This document shows, in pieces, positions 52,496 through 55,159 of a DNA stretch of 55,159 nt. This DNA comes from Octopus sinensis (taxonomy: Eukaryota): positions 1 to 55,159 of the forward strand of contig NW_021833739.1 in NCBI RefSeq assembly GCF_006345805.1, written 5' to 3'. The number at the start of each line of letters is the position of its first letter. Position 1 is the first letter of the stretch. The notes beneath the pieces are model-generated. The model saw only the letters and a program-made list of their open reading frames with translations, did not search any database and was not told the DNA's origin. A program made the translations under genes and the position numbers.

Positions 52496-53475
52496 ACTGA
52501 AAGAAGTCTTGATAACCGGTATTGGGTTTTTGCGTCTCCGTAACCTAACGGTTTAGCAAAAAGACACCGATAGAATATGTGCCAGACTTTAAAAAAATAA
52601 GTCCTGGGGTTGATTTGTGCTTCTAAAAATCATCAAGGTGGTGCCCCAGCAATGCCGCGGTCTATTGACTGCAATAGTAAAAAAACAATAAAAGATAAAT
52701 TATAAAGCTGTATTCAGGCTCCGGGCTGAAATAATATGTAGCGAGTGATTGATTATGGAAATTACCAAAAACAAAAAAAAAAGGGGATCGCTGGTCCTGC
52801 TAAAGATAGCATCAAGATTTCCTTCAAATTACACCCTACTGTCTTGAAAATAGAGGATCTCATTCAGTAATGTGATCCTGGATACATTATGACAATACGG
52901 TCGAGGCTGGGTTACCTTTAATCGTGGATTTACCCAGTTAGGCTCGATGTGGCACAAGCTAGAACAACACGAAGTCGAATCCACCACTGCAAGTTTACTA
53001 AACATATATTCAGTACGTTGTTGAATTCAGGCGCTGAGCTGAGATATATAATATCTGGCGATCGCATGATTAAGAAACGCTGCCAAATGGAAATAAAGAA
53101 ATTAAATATAAAAGGCATGCAGGCAATCAACGAAGGAGACAGAGAAAACCATTTGTTTCAAAATGAAATTATCTAAAATGGTTTATTGACAAATTCAATT
53201 TTAGTTTCCACCATATTGAGCTGTAATTCAGTTAGGTGGCCTAAACTAGCGATGAAATGTTTCCGTTGTAAATTTACGGTGAGAAGACGGGGTAGAAACG
53301 ATAGGACGTTAGATAGAATGCCTTATTGTATTTGGTTGACTTTATATATTTTCTCAATTCAGATTCTGTATTGGTGGATCTTAGCTTTCATCGTTCCGGA
53401 ATTGATAAAATATCGACCAGTCAAGTATAGAGATCGATATAATAGACTCTAAAATTTACGGTTAGTATCTAAGCA

Positions 53476-54075
53476 ATATAATTCTTTATTGTCCACGAGG
53501 GGCTAAACATATAGGGGACAAACCAGGACAGGCAAGCGGATTAAGTCGATTATATCGACCCTAGTGCGTAACTGGTACTTATTTAATCGACCCCGAAAGG
53601 ATTAAAGGCAAAGTCGACCTCGACGGAATTTGAACTCAGAACGAAGCAGCAGACGAAATACCTATTTCTTTACTACCCACAAGGGACTAAATACAGAGAG
53701 GACAAACAAGGACAGACAAACGGATTAAGTCGATTACATCGACCCAGTGCGTAACTAGAACTTATTTAATCGATCCCGAAAGGATAAAAGGCAAAGTCGA
53801 CCTCGGTGGAATTTGAACTCAGAACGTAACGGCAGAGGAAATATTTCTTTATTAACTACCCACAAGGGGCTAAATACAGAGAGGACAAACAAGGACAGAC
53901 AAACGGATTAAGTCGATTATATCGACCCAGTGCGTAACTGGTACTTATTTAATCGACCCCGAAAGGATTAAAGGCAAAGTCGACCTCGGCGGAATTTGAA
54001 CTCAGAACGTAGCGGCAGACTAAATACCGCTAAGCATTTCGCCCGGCGTGCTAACGATTCTGCCAGCTCGCTGCC
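53476..54075 (-). mobile_element. SINE family B array, 3 units
   Basis: Head at 54075 (gccagctcgctgcc); the terminal unit ends ggacaataaagaa. Confidence 0.88.
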
Positions 54076-54480
54076 TTAGTATCCCAGCAATATGCCACAT
54101 CAAATGATTTAGGCTAGAAAAAGAGTACAAGAATGTATGCGGCTACAAGCGAAAGGGTCGACTGGTCCCTGGAATTTGGGCTCTCAGCGTGTTATGTTAA
54201 GGCGTCTAGATTGCATAGTTCAAGTTGTGACATCGTTTTTGATAACACGGTTTACAGCAGGAAATAAAGGTTTAATTCCCGTAAGTAAGTTGGAAATTAT
54301 GCTGTAGTCAGGTAAAAGCAGTCCTGACAAGTATAATTCTGGACAGACGCCAAAGCGTATAGAGAGACGCAGCAAAAGGATGAAATATATCGTATCTAAA
54401 AACCATAGAACTTCGGCGAAAAAGTGACGGCAGAGCTAAACACCACTACCCTGCTGACCCTGTGTCAAAACAAAAACCAT

Positions 54481-54544
<64 letters not shown>

Positions 54545-54551
<7 letters not shown>

Positions 54552-54944
54552 TCTTTTACTTGTTTCAGTCATTTCTCTGCGGCCATGCTGGAGCATGCCT
54601 TTAGTCGAACAAATCGACCCCGGGACTTATTCTTTCTAAGCCCAGTACTTATTCTATCGCTCTCTTTTGCCGAACCGCTAAGTGACGGCGACGTAAACAC
54701 ACCAGCAGGTTGTCAAGCAATGCTAGGGGGAACAAAAACCACAGACACCAACACACACACTTATATATATATTTACATGCATATATACGACGGTTGCTTC
54801 TTTCTTCCGTCTACCAAATCCACTCACAAGGCTTTGGTCGGCCCGAGGCTATAGTAGAAGATACTTGCCTCAGGTGCCACACAGTGGAAGCGAACCCGGA
54901 ACCATGTGGTTGGTAAGCAAGCTACTTACCACATAGCCACTCCT
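54545..54944 (-). mobile_element. SINE family A, near full length
   Basis: Reverse-complement match to the other copies. Confidence 0.85.
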
Positions 54945-55159
54945 TAGTAATCTCCGTAAAGATGGTTACTATGTGAGAGCTACACCTACTAAATCTCTCC
55001 TATCTCCATCGACGCTGATAAGCAGAGAAATGGTATCTAGGCAATCAGATATGGTCGATGGCTTAATGGAGCAATATCGTATTCTCTTACGAATCATAAT
55101 TCACCGTTTTTCCTCGCTTCGAGGCGTAAAAACATTGTTTCCGTACGATAAACCGATTT

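Overview
Repeat-dense, AT-rich animal genomic DNA with no recognisable host protein-coding gene. The SINE types and the (TA)n/(TATG)n/(AGAT)n load suggest an octopus/cephalopod genome; this is inference, not a database match. Conventional contents: a 5'-truncated RTE-clade LINE (10.4-12.8 kb), a near-complete but frameshifted CR1-type LINE (42.3-46.4 kb), short LINE 3' ends, four mariner remnants, a maT (DD37D) transposase pseudogene, two copies of one non-autonomous Helitron, a ~180-bp satellite (~20.5 copies), and many tRNA-headed SINEs. One SINE family forms 184-bp internal tandem arrays. The most notable signal is 13 type I hammerhead ribozyme (HHR) motifs, some intact and some degenerate, in short non-coding elements embedded in (TA)n tracts. 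These include a 352-bp x 2.8 tandem array with one HHR per unit, 477-bp and 443-bp units with terminal redundancy, and a precise ~205-bp interspersed family. Several share a 5' inverted segment and a palindromic stem III. Two carry a covarying three-hairpin module downstream of the cleavage site. Together this fits a diversified retrozyme / Penelope-dependent circular-RNA retroelement system. All folding was done by eye, and ribozyme activity, expression and novelty are untested. Coordinates are hand-counted, and element edges are approximate (about +/-10 bp).
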